Position numbers and translations under genes: made by a program. The notes beneath the pieces were generated by a model. The model searched no databases. It worked only from the letters and a program-made list of their open reading frames with translations, and was not told the DNA's origin. This document shows, one piece after another, positions 1 through 13,574 of a stretch of DNA of 64,000 bases; position 1 is the first letter of the stretch; each line of letters opens with the position of its first letter. Source of the DNA: the human T2T-CHM13v2.0 reference genome, Homo sapiens; the NCBI RefSeq assembly GCF_009914755.1, contig NC_060929.1, one strand, 5' to 3'.

Positions 1-1666
1 AAATAAATGGAAACACATTCAGTGTTCATGGATGGGAAGACTTAATACTGTTAAGATGATAATGCTGCCCCAATGTGGTATATCTGTTCAAAGTGACACA
101 CAGATTCAATGCGATCCCTATCAAAATCCTAATGGTGTTTCTTGAAGAAATGTGAAAACTGATTCTAAAATTCATATGGAATTTCAGAGGACCAAGAATA
201 CAAGAATAGTCAATTCATCTTGAAAAAGAATAAAGTTGGAGAACTCACATTTCCTAATTTCAAAACTTACTTACTGCAAAGCTATATTAATCAAAATGAT
301 GTGGTACAGGGATAACAACGGTTTTATATAACAATATAGAATTGAGAGCCCAGAAATAAACCATCATCTCTATGGTCAAATGATTTTCTACAAGGGTGTC
401 AAGACCATTCATTGAGGAAAGAATACTCTCCTCAACAAATGGTGCTAGGAAAAAACCAGACATCCACATTCAAAAGAATGAAGTTGGGCCCTACCCAAAT
501 ATGAACAAGAAATTAACTCAAAATAAACTACAAACTTCAATTTAAGAGCTGAAACTATAAAACTGTTGCAAGAAAATATAATGGCAAATGTGTATTATGT
601 CAGACTTGGCAATAGTTTTAATATGACACCAAAAGCACAGGTAACAATAACAAAAATATATAAAATTGGACTTCACCGAAATAAAAATTTCTGTATATCA
701 AAAGACACTATCAAGAGAGTGAAAATACAACCCACAGAATAGGAAAAAAATTTGCAAATCATACATTTGGTAAGGTTTTAATATCCAGAGTAAAAAAATA
801 ACTCTTATAACTCAGCAACAAAAAGACAAACAACCCAAATAAAAAATGGGCAAAGGAATTGAATACATGTTTTCTTATAAAAGATATACAAATGGCCAAT
901 ATGTACATGAAAAGATGCTCAACATTATTAATTATTAGGAAAATGCAAAAAATACCACACTAAGATACTACTTCACATCTACTAAGATGGCTATAATTTT
1001 TAAAAAGGAAAATAAGTATTGTCAAGGATGTGGAAAAATTGGAATCCCCACACATTGCTGGAGGAATGTAAAATAATGCAGCTTCCATCCTCAAAAAGTT
1101 ATACACAGAGTTAGGATATGGCCCAGCAATTCCACTCCTAGGCATGCACCCCAAATAATTGAAAACAGTGACTCAAATAGATACTTATATACCAATGTTC
1201 ATGCAGCATTATTCACAATAACCAAAAGGTAGAAACACCTAAGTGCTCATCAACAGAAGAACGAATAAATAAAATGTGGCGCATATGTAAATGAAATATT
1301 ATCCAGCCATAAAAAGGAATGAAGTTCTAATACATGGTAAACATGGATGAACCTCAAAAACATTCTAAGTGAATGAAGTTACACACAAAAAGACAATTAT
1401 TGTATGATTCTACTTGAATGAAATATCTAGAATAGGCAAACTCATAGAGATAGAATATATAGTAGAGGTTACCAGAGACTACGGAAAGGGAGAAATGAGA
1501 AGTTATCACTTAATGGGTGCAGTTTCTGTTTGGGGTAATGAGTATTTTTGGAAATAATAGTGATAATTGCACAACACTGTGAATGTAATTAACGCCACTA
1601 AATATGCACTTAAAAGTGGTTAAAATGGTAAATTTTATGTTATATATATTTTACCACAGTAAAAAG
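1..1666 (+). mobile_element. L1M (L1MB-like) LINE fragment: decayed ORF2 3' part plus 3' UTR, runs off window start
   Basis: Opens with ORF2-like DNA (aaatggaaacacattcagtgttcatggatgggaagacttaata, KWKDIPCSWIGRLN-like) and ends with L1MB-type terminus aaaatggtaaattttatgttatatatattttaccacagtaaaaa; many stops and frameshifts. Confidence 0.9.
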
Positions 1667-2648
1667 GTAAATTAAGAAGTCTATTATAAACATCATTGTT
1701 GGTATTTGTAATGGCACCATACTATGACATATACAAAACCATTCAGTTTTTCTATGCACAATTGAGAAAAGGAAAAGTGGCCCTTATAAACTGGAACTTA
1801 AACATATTTTTGGCCAGATAGCTGGAACAGGCAAAATGTAATTGGTTAAATTGTTTGTATCAGTTCTACCTAAACATATTAATCCATGTCTATAAATGTT
1901 TAAAAAGATGAATGCACTGTTACGAGGGAGTAAAATTCCCAGCACTGAAGATACTAATAAAAAATTGTATGGTAGCCCAGCAGGGAAATTGTAGAAGGAA
2001 TTTATACACATGGCAGGATGTTAGACAAGATGAGGGTCTCAAAGGCCTTCCACTTTTTAAGAGTTTAAAGTTCTATGAGAATTGTGTACAACTAGAAACT
2101 TTCCCAAGGTTAAATAATTTTCCTTTTTCCAGAGGCAATGGAAAATGGCAATTTGGGTTCCGGCATTCCTGATAAAAATTTACTGTTTTTGTCTGGTGAT
2201 GTCTCTACTGAAAATATTCTTTGCTATAAATCTCTTGCCTGAAATTTCCATAGAGCTTATCAGGTTTCATAAAGCAGATCACCTTAAAATGGCTTTTAAA
2301 AATTCAGAGTGGAACAGATTCCTCTATGAAATTGTAATATGGAAAATAAAGTTCTCCTAACCCTAATTGTCTTCACAAAAGTGTTTCCAAGGAGAACACC
2401 CAGGGATATGACATAAGTAGCAAGGCCATAATAAAGATGTGAGTGTAATTTCCACACATGCTGTCAACCTCAAATATGCAGCCTACTCAGAGGCAATTTG
2501 GGTAAAAATTGTCATAGCTATTGCCAGTGTTGTCACTTCTTGATTTTTTCATCCTAGGGACTGTGTCTTATTCATTCTTGGTCTCACTGATGGTGCCACA
2601 GTACCATCTTTCAGGCATTCAGTCAAAGTCTCCTGAGTTGAATTTTCA

Positions 2649-2707
2649 CTCTTCCTAGATTTCCTTTGTTATCATGAGTTTTTGATAACAAAGGGGATTG
2701 TGAAGAG
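2649..2707. other. Inverted repeat / hairpin, 59 nt
   Basis: cctttgttatca (2663-2674) pairs perfectly with tgataacaaagg (2683-2694), 8-nt loop; outer ctcttc/gaagag also pair. Confidence 0.8.
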
Positions 2708-2899
2708 AGGAGATGGGTCAGTGACTCAAATTTATAAAGCAGGGGTAAATGACACAGTCATCAGAATACATAACTGGGCCACAGAAGGCACATTTAAGTA
2801 ACAATTTGGAAAACTCAGAATCTAATCAACACATCTGTGCTTTATATTCTCTACCTGCTGTCTTGCCTAAAATGAAGATGCTTAAATCCCCATTAGTGG

Positions 2900-3830
2900 G
2901 GCAGGGCTGCCCATCTATGGAAAAACAGAGCCGGACTCCAATCTGCTTTGTGTGTCTTCAGAACAGCTGCCAGCTGATCAGAAAACATTTAATGTGGGGG
3001 ATCCAGTGTGGGGCAGGACGAACACAGCTGGTTGACACAGCAAGCAGTTAGAAACAACAACAACAAAAATGCCATTTGATTCGTGGGCTGAGCCAATCCA
3101 TCTGGGAAATCTCTCAAAGAAAGTAGCTGGAAATGACATTTCAGCTCTGATTTTCCTAGTCAAGTCTGCACCTTAAGCCAAAGACTCAAAAATAGCACTC
3201 CATCTAGATGGTGTAAATACAGTGACACTTGAGTCTCTTCACTTTGGTCTTTTAAGAGTGATTTTAACTCTTTCAGAGATAACATGGGAGACTGAAGGGG
3301 CTGGATGCTGGAAACGAGACTGTCCACATCTTGTTTCCAGAAAACGGATTACTCTGCTGGCGGTTGATTCTTGGATTTCCTATCATAAGATCTGAACCCT
3401 GGGCCTGATGTACAGTGAGGCGTGCGATTGGCATTTGCAGAAGCCTTGACATCCCACACTGCAGTTCATGATTGGTGTCAGACAAAGAAGCATATTAAAT
3501 GACTGCCGGCCCGGTGATAAGGCCGGTTATTACCGAGGTGTAGTTTCCCCAGGTCTAAAGACTCATAGTGGTACCACTGAAGCATGCTGGGGAGAAGATA
3601 AAATTTAATTAATAATTTCCTTAGAGGCCAACAGTCTATTACAACTATGTTCCTTGCTGTTCTCTGCAATGACCTTATAGCTCATAAACATTATAGATGC
3701 ATGCTTGGTCATAGTCTCATCCCCGGGTTTAATTTATGGCTCAGGTTGCACTGTATAATTAGCTAGTCTGAAATGAAGGTTTTCAGATGCTGAAAACATT
3801 TAAAATAGACTCTGCATAAGGTAGGGTGTG
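2900..3830. promoter_or_regulatory. Candidate enhancer block (repeat-free, motif-dense)
   Basis: CAGCTG E-boxes at 2964, 2971 and 3025; CpG cluster with TGATAA at 3506-3535; TTTAATTTATGG homeodomain site near 3728; function inferred. Confidence 0.4.
3692..3830 (+). repeat. Local dispersed duplication, copy A (likely donor)
   Basis: Hand alignment to 7223-7357 gives about 116/135 identities and one 4-nt gap. Confidence 0.9.
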
Positions 3831-4221
3831 CCTCCCTCCCTTCTGTTCAGTTTAATGCCTGTAATACATAGTATAATTTCCTGGATTAATAATACACATA
3901 TGATGAAGCTGGGGATGAAGGTGAAGTCTGCTTTTGAGTTACATATAGGGGACGAATTTTGGTTTATGTTAGATTTGGAGATTCTGGACACTAAATTAGG
4001 TAGCTTTTTCTGTATTCCATAGAGTAGCTCAAACTAAGTGTTTTTAGAAACACAAAATTGCAAAACAATGATGTAACGTGGGGTTAAATTTTTCTCCACT
4101 ACAGTAAAACACTTGTCTCTTTGTATGTGACTACAATTTATTTTGGACCTATTATGTGGCCAACACTTTGTAGAGCTGTGGTAGAAACAAACAAACAAAA
4201 AGCCTCAATTATCTCTGGGAT

Positions 4222-4294
4222 TAGTGCCTCAAAATCAGAGAAGTAGTACATGTTTAATAAATATCTGTTGACTGCATGAGTCAATGAATTGATT
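4222..4294 (+). mobile_element. L2 3' tail fragment
   Basis: tttaataaatatctgttgactgcatgagtcaatgaattgatt resembles L2 end caataaatatttgttgaatgaatgaa. Confidence 0.5.
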
Positions 4295-5054
4295 GTGGGA
4301 TATTTTATACATTAAATTATTTTTTAAAATGGGCAATGTTTATATGGTCAGAAAAGTAATAATAAAGTAGATTAAAAATGATAGTTGCTATCTTCCTAAA
4401 ATTGAGAACCAATGTTTGCTGAATGCCTCCATCCAGGCCCTGCGGTACGAGGAATACAGAGAATACAGCAGTGAATACTGATTCAGACTTTAAAGGCTGA
4501 CTGTCCGATAGCAAAAATGACTCCCTCAACTTGCCAGAGTCAAGCCCAAACTCTAAGTATTACATTTTCTACAATTATCTTTGGCATATTCCCCTTTCCA
4601 GCCTATGCTATATCCAAATTAGATGGCCTTTGTTCTAGTGCCTGGCTAGAATAGAGTCTGAAATACCTGTTGAATATATAACATAAAAAGAAAACTAATC
4701 ACTAGGAATCCCTGTGCTGTTTGCTGTTGGTGACCCCTCTAGTTAGATATTCTTCCTCAGTTGCTAGTCCATGAGTCCATGACAATTCTCTCTGCCTGTT
4801 CTTCAAGATCTACTTCAAACACCATCTAGAATATAGAAGTGCATTGTTGGTATTTGTGTCATTTGATCACTCAGTCACTCATTTGTATATATCTCACACC
4901 TCTTTCTAAAATGGCTAAGGCATCACATGATAGAACTGCATAGAAGTAGAAGAATATCTATGCTTTGTAAAGATACAGTTTTCAGTGCCAAAGCAAGCCA
5001 CTTTATTCCAATTCTCATCCACATTTCAGATGATGATGATGATATTAGTTAATA

Positions 5055-5148
5055 CAGTTAACACTATTGACAGAGCATTTATTATTTGCTCTGGACTATG
5101 TTAACTTCTTCCTATATAATTATTTCACTTACATACATAATGCCACCA

Positions 5149-5198
<50 letters not shown>

Positions 5199-5338
5199 TC
5201 TCATGATATAAGTGAAGAAACTAAAACAGACACACTAAGTAAACCTGCCCCAAATCACATCATAACAGTAGTGTGAGTATATCAACCCAGGTCTAAGTCT
5301 AAATCTTTGCTCTTAGCCACTACATTATCCTGCCTCTC
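5055..5338 (-). mobile_element. MIR SINE with internal (AT)n
   Basis: Antisense MIR core (gtgaagaaactaaaaca...aagtaaacctgccccaaatcaca...aacccaggtct). Confidence 0.7.
5151..5190. repeat. (AT)20 microsatellite
   Basis: Direct reading. Confidence 0.97.
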
Positions 5339-5874
5339 TCATAATTCTCAGCTAATGACAAACAGATGTGAAAGTGTGTATATTGAACTGTATCCTTGAA
5401 GAAGGCAACTTGAATATTCCATTTGCCTGTCTGATGCCAACTACCCAAATTTGTGTAGTCACTCGACCACCTGGATATTTAGTTTACGTTAACACAAAAA
5501 TCTGGATATTTGAAAAACTGTGGTGCTCAAGCAAGCATTTCAAATCTCATCTAAATTCCTAGCTTCATATAATACTCAGGCAAGGCATTTTTCATGAAAA
5601 CAGAACATAAGAGATCTGAGCCAAGAAAAAAAAAAAAGAGACAAAATTTTAGACAAAAAGTATGTATTGCTTAATCAATACCAGTTAAAAAAATGAATTT
5701 TCCTGTAGCCCACCACCACATTTCACAGAATCATAGTTGTCCCAATGTGATACTTTATGAAAACAGTATATTTCAGGATATTACAACCAGACTAAATCCA
5801 ACTGAAAGTCAAATAAAGGAAGAAAGACGCTAGGAATGAAATAAATTTTGGATCAATCCAGATTCATCACCAAC

Positions 5875-6283
5875 TGATATGATTGGGATCTGTGTCACCA
5901 CCAAATCTCATGTTGAATTGCAATCCGTAAAGTTGGAGGTGGGGCCTGGTGAGAGGTGATAGGATCATGGGGGCAGTTTCTGTTGAATGGTTTAACACCA
6001 TTTCCCTTGGTACTGTTGTCACGATAATAAGCTCTTTTGAGATCTGGTTGTTTGAAAGTGTGTAGCACCTCCCCCACCCATGCTCCAGCGATTTGAATAC
6101 TGGCTCCCCCTTTGCCCTCCACCATGACTGCAAGTTTCCTGAGGCCTCCCCAGGAGCTGAGGAGATGCTAGCATCACGCTTCCTGTACAGGCTGCAGAAC
6201 TGTGAGCCAGTTAAACCTCATTTGTTTATAAATTACCCAGTCTCAGGTATTTATTTATAGCAATGCAGGAACGATCTATTACA
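5875..6283 (+). mobile_element. MaLR solo LTR (MSTA-like)
   Basis: tgatatgattgggatctgtgtcaccaccaaatctcatgttgaattg ... aattacccagtctcaggtatttatttatagcaatgcaggaacgatctattaca; TG...CA ends. Confidence 0.9.
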
Positions 6284-6807
6284 TTATCCATTGTCATAAT
6301 TGAACCAGAACTCTCCTATAGCTATTGAGGATCTTAACATGTTGTTTCAAATAAAAATAAAGACACCATTCTGAACCAACTTTACATTTAGAATATGCCA
6401 GTTTCTATATTAATCCAGGAAACTCAGCATCTAAGTTTCCCCTAAAGCATCTGTTCCTGGGGTGTACCCACAAATTTATAAAGTTATAAAGCCCAAAGAG
6501 ATGGCCCACATGAATTCACTTCAGCCTGAGTGATGACTACCTGATTCCTCCAGTTATTAGCAAATTTTTCTGTTTGCTCTCTCTTGATTTTTAATTCTTG
6601 CACAAGTCACATCATACATTGCAAAAGATATAATATTCTTCAAACCTAATACCTCAGTACTCAATAGTTGTTTTTTTCCTTGCCCATTTTTTTTTAAAGA
6701 GTTGATCCATAGTTTTTCAAGCTATGCTTCATGTATGGTGACCACCTTGGTTTCTGTACTTTTCTTGGTTATTTCAATATGTAAAATGCTTGAACTTAAT
6801 TGAAGGG

Positions 6808-6926
6808 TGAGAGAGAGAAGGGAGAGGAAACAGAAGAAAGAAGGAAAAAGAAAGAAGAGAGGAGAGACAGAGAGAAACAGAGGGGGAAGGAAGGGAGGCA
6901 GAAAAGGAGAGAGAGAAAGAAAGGGG
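6808..6926. repeat. GA-rich low-complexity tract
   Basis: Near-pure purine run. Confidence 0.9.
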
Positions 6927-6929
6927 AAT

Positions 6930-7455
6930 GTGGCTAGAAATGTGGATACAAAAGTGTCATAGAATCGATATGGAAAAAAAATCCTTTAACCTGCTATCAC
7001 ATATACTGGCTCAAATTCTGCTTTTAGTGAATTTCCCCCAAATATGAAAAAGTAAGTAGGTATAGGAAGAGTTTTTAAGAATATTGAAAAACTAAAAACC
7101 ATAAAATGTCTGAGAATAAAGGATAGGTTAAACAAATTAAGATTAATGTCATGGGCTTTATAAACTACTGAAAATCACATGATATAAGAGTATTTGATGA
7201 CATATTTGTGATCTATTCCTAATACAGAAGCATGCATGGTCATAGTCTCATCCCCAGGTTTAATTTATGGCCCAGGTTACACTGCATAATCAGCTGGACT
7301 AAAATGAAGATTTTCAGATGCTGTGAACATTACAAATTCTGCATAAGTTACAGTGTGGTATAGCATAAGCCCTGATTTCATTTAAAAGATATATGCATTG
7401 AATAAAGAGATAATAATTTCCACAAAAATGCTCATAAAACCTACCTTTGGGTGCT
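6930..7455 (+). mobile_element. Old L1ME-like 3' fragment, interrupted by the 7223-7357 insert
   Basis: aattctgcttttagtgaattt, aaaatgtctgagaataaaggataggttaaacaaatta and later atatatgcattgaa...cacaaaaatg...acctttgggtg follow the order of the L1ME 3' end. Confidence 0.6.
7223..7357 (+). repeat. Local dispersed duplication, copy B (inside L1ME)
   Basis: About 86% identical to 3692-3830. Confidence 0.9.
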
Positions 7456-9279
7456 TTAAGCATCTGTCTGGACCCGTCATTTTCTCTTTAGTTGATTAAA
7501 TAGCATAAGCAATTTAAAATTTTTCTACTTATGCTTTTTCCATTTTCCAAAGTCCATACAACTTTTATAATCAGTTAAACATCATGCTATTTTAAAAAAT
7601 AATTAATGTCAGAGGCTGTAAATTTTTTTAAGACACTCCTCTAACACAAAGCACCCAAAAGGAACTTCTTGGAGGTGGATGCTTGTCTTTGCAATGGTCA
7701 ACAGATACAAGATTGCAGACAACGCATTTGTAAGTCTCTGGCAGATGTTATGAGAATTTCCCATGAACCAGAAATGAAGCCTCTGAGGAACAAGGACCTG
7801 AATCACTAAATATCAATTCCATCCCAGAGCACTGCAGAAATTTTGCTACTGTCTGATCGGGGGATAGGAAGAGCAAGAAGGCTGTGCTTCTGCCTCGGAG
7901 AATGATGTTATTAACTTATCACATTAGAATATCAAGGAAGATCAGAGTATGTATATATCTTTGTGTGTGTACCTGTCTATATGAGCTTAGCACGTAATTC
8001 CCAGACCTACAAAACTTGGCACACAAAGGAAGCAGAAGCACCGAAATAGTGAAGGATTGACTGGAGTACCCCAAAATCTTATGCAATAAAAAGAACCTCA
8101 GCTGGTTAACATTTTACCCTTTCTCTCTTTAATTGTGAATAATAACATTGAATGTTTCAGCCTATTTTTCCCCAAAATGGTCTCCAACTTCTAGTTTTTT
8201 CTGTAAATAGCATGCATGATATGCAGAAGTTTTCTCAATAAACAGCTATAGAAACAAAACAAAACAAAAATTTAGTCACAACTAAAAGTGTGAGAAGAGG
8301 ACAGCCTCAGTCCTCTAAATGACTGGATTGGATTCTTACATATTTAAAAAATAAATGTAGCCATTATTTTAAAGTCAAGGATGTTTCCATATTACCTACA
8401 AAATAGATGTGATGAAGAAATATATTGGCACTTATAACACTGATGGGAAAATTGATTCAACACAACATTCCTTGGGATTATTAGATATTTTTACCCCACT
8501 ACAATCTTATTTATCCTATTCACACCTTCAGTAAATATCATACCTTCTCGTAATAGTAAATCAGAATGAATATCAATTAGAACTGGAATTCTAAATATAT
8601 ACAATCTGTAATGTATATAATATATACAGTCTGTAGGTTGCTCTTAAATATACTATTAAAAGTGCTAGTTCAAGTTGGTAAACATATCAATACAATTTCT
8701 TTTTGTGTGGCTCTCAGCTCTTCAGAAGGATGACTGCCGTGTTGATTTTAAAACATTGTCCATTTTTCTAGTTAAATAAATATTTCCACATCAGAAAAGA
8801 AGGTTCTATTATGTTAACTTTACAGAATATCAGTTTCCTGGTGAGTTCAGAATCAGACATACTTGACTTGTCAGAATCATGAAATTGTAGGATTAGACAT
8901 ACGTAAGTTAGATACCAATTTACAAAGGAATAAAATAGATGGAGTATCAACTTTTGGAATATATGATTGCGAAGAAAAAAGCAAACAGAAAATAAGAGTC
9001 ACCCAAGAGTGCATCACACCCATGGAGAATAAAGTACAATCGTAGCACTCCATTTTACTTAGCAATAAATAAAAAGTAAATTGTTTAAATATTATTTATT
9101 GCTTTTCAACTTTATGAGATAACTCATTGAATAAACCCTCAACCTTAATAGTGGTTACAAAAGAGAATATAAACACAATCAACCCTGATGATATAAAAGG
9201 AGAAGAGTATAGAAAAGGAGGAAGGAAGTGGGAGCTAACTTTCTCATCTGACACAGTGGGAAGTCAAGATAAAATAGCT

Positions 9280-9600
<321 letters not shown>

Positions 9601-9807
9601 TTAAGTTGGTGAAACAAGAAATAGAAGTTTCATGGTGACATTTAAACTTACAAAGGCAAGCAACGGAACTAAAATAATAACTAGCAAAAATCAGAATGGA
9701 GTAATTTTTAAAAAGTCAGATAAGTTTTGGAAGTAAATCCTTATTTTTCACAGTTGAGGAGTTAATAGAAATATATTAAATGTATATATCAAGAAATAGT
9801 GATATAT

Positions 9808-10194
9808 GCATGTTCTCACTGATACATGGGAGCTAAAAAAGTTGATCTCATGGAGGTAGATAGTAGAGTGGCAGTTGCCAGTGGTTGGGAAGGGCATAGG
9901 GGAGGGGAGAATAAAGAGAAGTAGATTAATGAGTACAAAAATATAGTCAGATAGAAGAAATAAGTTCTAGTGTTCGATAGCACAGTAGGGTGACTACAGT
10001 TATCAATAATTTGTTATATATTTAAAAATAGCTAAGAGAGAAGATTTGGTATCTTCTCAACATGAAGGAATAATAAAATCTTTGAGGTGATGGATATCCC
10101 AAGTTACCCTGATATGACGATTACACATTGTATGCATGTATCAAAATATCACATGTACCCCATAAATATGAACAATTACTATATATCAATAAAA
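9808..10194 (+). mobile_element. L1MA 3' end
   Basis: gcatgttctcactgatacatgggagctaaaaaagttgatctcatggagg ... atcacatgtaccccataaatatg...tcaataaaa. Confidence 0.9.
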
Positions 10195-10944
10195 CTATAA
10201 TAAATGGAAGGAAAAAAAGAATCACTCAAGATATGTAGAATACTATTGAGAAGGACTCATTTCAAAGGTCATTTCTGAGCTTTAGGATAACTCTAGACAC
10301 TGTCCCCCACCCCACTTTTCTGTGATACACACATCAGGAAACACTACTTTAAATGCATTATCATGGTTCACCCAGGTTGCCAAGTGAAGCGCTCCTGGAG
10401 ACAGTCAGCCAGGTGCCAATTATGAAGTTGGCACCTTCCTGATTATCCCACATCCTGATAAGGAAGACAGATGCTGCCACTTCCTGAAACCCCTGGCTGT
10501 ACCCACCTGGGCCTCCTGACAACCACCAACTATCACTGAAGTGCTGTTCATGGGGGCCAGGTTACTTCCAGACAATTTAAGATATTTACATTGCCCTCTG
10601 CTTTCTCCGAGCTCTTAATTTATAACTCCTTTCTGTTTGTGTATAAACCCTTTTAGTCCTTTGCCCATATTAATCCTTCTTGGTATCATTTGGAAAGAGA
10701 TGATATTGGTTTGATTCTCTCTGGCTCTCCCCACCTCCCAAACTGGTAGGGAAAAAAATGAAGACACATTTGGGTATGATGTAATCTAGCAAGTTCCTTT
10801 TTATTACAGATCAATCTTTAGAGAAAGATGAAGTTGCCTGAAAGCAATAAAAAGGTGAGGCCTGTAAAATTTTCTTTAATTCAATCATCTCAGGAAGCTT
10901 TTCTTTATAACGAAGCTAACAACAACTCTTGTTATCTATGCTTA

Positions 10945-11140
10945 TAATAATTCCAGTCAAATGCATAAGGCTTTAGGGTTTATCTTGTTCATTTTTCATA
11001 ATAAATCCCTATTTTACAGATAAAAAACTGAAGCATAGAGAGGTTAAGGATTTTCCTATGGCCATGTGGATCTTTAGTAGCAGATGTGGGATTTTAACTT
11101 TAGATTTGTCAAAAATCAAACACACACACAAAAATAGTGC
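10945..11140 (-). mobile_element. MIR
   Basis: ccctattttacagataaaaaactgaagcatagagaggttaag antisense core. Confidence 0.75.
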
Positions 11141-11496
11141 TTACAACTGCCCTATTATTTTCCTTGCCATGGCCTTTGTTGAGGGTTGCAAACTCAGATG
11201 CCAGGCAGATAATCTCCATGAGGGGAGCAGGCTGGAAGGGAAATATGGCAACCTGGAATACTCCTACATGATCTACAGGGTGATCACTATTGGCCAACTC
11301 CAGCTAACTGTGGTCATGAAGGTTGTATGTACACACTGTGGCCACAGGATCAGATTTGTCAAGGGAAGATAGACGCATAGATTTTTTTAACATTTAAAAA
11401 TTGTATGTTTTTCAAATGTTGGCAGCTCATTTAAAATATTTTAACTGGCTGAACAAAAGCCTTCTGTAGGGAGAGTTCAGATCTTGGGCCACCAGA

Positions 11497-11599
11497 GCTC
11501 TTCCTTCCTTTCCTCTCTTTTCTCTTCTCTCCTCTCCTCTCTTTTCTCCTCCCCTCTCGCCTCTCCCCTCTCCCTTCTCTCTTGTCTTCTCTTTCTTCT
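11497..11599. repeat. CT-rich tract, probably a degenerate Alu tail
   Basis: Pyrimidine run abutting the 3' end of the antisense Alu. Confidence 0.85.
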
Positions 11600-11910
<311 letters not shown>

Positions 11911-12467
11911 TAACAGGTGTGATAATAACATGCTGCTTCAATGAAACACTGCATCTTTGGCTTTTAAATTTCTCTGTCTCTCTACTATAGTTAAGGAGTT
12001 GAGTGACAAACTGTCTTTCTCATGTCTGCTTTCGGAGGCAAAGTCAAAACTGAGCAGGCTTGGTGGAAGCCTGATTTTCCAGCTGGAAATGAGAATCCCT
12101 CCCTCTGCCTCCTCCATGCCGTTGTGTGAGCATTTGCGCAAGTTGCCTCCAGTTTTCTCATGTGGTTCGGATATATAGTGTCTTCTACTGAGTCTAGCTA
12201 TATTTTGTCTTGGAGGAGGAAGAAAAATAAATCCATATTAGACTCCAAAAAATATAGCTTGGCTTCAATCTCCTCTGCCCAAATTTTGGGGATAATGGTA
12301 AATTCCACACTCACCAGCCACATTTTTTTTTTCTTTAGCACACCCTGGTTTAAAGAAAAAAAAAAAGGGAACAGTAACCTCCAAAGTAGGGAGGTTTAGG
12401 TTGGACAGAGCAACCTACAATCTTAACATTAAGTAATTTGGAAAATTACTTTAAAAATCTACGGTGG

Positions 12468-12765
12468 GGCTGGGCACAGTGGCTCACGCCTCCCAGCACG
12501 TTTGGGAGGCCGAGGTGGGCAGACCACCTGAGGCCAGGAGTTCAAGACCAGCCCAGCCAACAAGACGAAACCCCGTCGCTACTGAAAATACAAATATTAG
12601 CCAGGCGTGGTGGCACATGCCTGTAATCCCAGCTACTTGGGAGGCTGAGGCAAGAGAATCCCTTGAACCCAGGAGGCAGATGTTGCAGTGGTCCGAGATC
12701 GTGCATCATTGCATTTCAGCCTGGGTGACAGAGAAAGGCTCTATCTCAACAACACAACAACAAAA
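12468..12765 (+). mobile_element. Alu (AluS)
   Basis: Full Alu; degenerate TSD aaaaatctacggtg / aaaaattatggtg. Confidence 0.97.
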
Positions 12766-12929
12766 ATTATGGTGAAGGGTACTCTTTAAATATAATCCTT
12801 TGGGTTACACTTAAACACTCTGCAACAACAGAAACAAAACTCTCTGCCTTGGGGTTTTGACTCACACAGACCTCTAAATTCATTCATCCCTCTCAGTTTC
12901 TTCCAGAGACCTTAGCATCAGCAAATCAA

Positions 12930-13003
12930 TCTTGCTCACTGTTGTACCCCAGCACCTGGCACAAACATTGGTAAATATTTGTTGAATAAATGAATAAAAT
13001 GAA
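12930..13003 (+). mobile_element. L2 3' tail
   Basis: ctcactgttgtaccccagcacctggcaca...taaatatttgttgaataaatgaa. Confidence 0.75.
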
Positions 13004-13574
13004 AAAAGGGCTCAGATCAGTTGGGACCAAGATAACATCTATGCAGTGATTTATTCATTCAAATATGTTGGAATGAACTCAGGTCCCTAAGGAGCGTGCT
13101 CCAGGAACAAAAGGTGGCCACTGTTGAGATCACTGTGAGGCTTTTGTTTTGCTCTGTAGGGTGGAATCCGAGGGCAACAGCTGATTGTGTCTTGACAAAA
13201 GAGTAGGAAGGAGGATTTCTGAGTGAATATGTGGGTGGAAAGGCAAGAGAAAATAGCCAAAAACTTGGGGGGCAAATGGGTAAGACTTGGAAAAGAAAAA
13301 AGATGTTGGGTATGTGACATAACCCTTTCAGTCTCTCCATAAAACTTTCAGTAACATGTTCACTATCATCAATGATTTTAGAATCGAGTAACATGGTCAG
13401 TATTAATAATATAGCTATCACACATGCTTAACATAGAGAAGCAAATATAAATACAAAAATACAACAAAATCTCTGGAGCAGTCTCAGGTGAAACAGCCAA
13501 AGAAATAAAACCTTATACTTCAACATGAAAATCACTCAAAGGTACTTGGAAAACACTGTTGATTTACGCAAAGA

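Noticed and set aside
1-1150. Functional L1 ORF2
   Set aside because: Multiple frameshifts and stops; ancient and truncated
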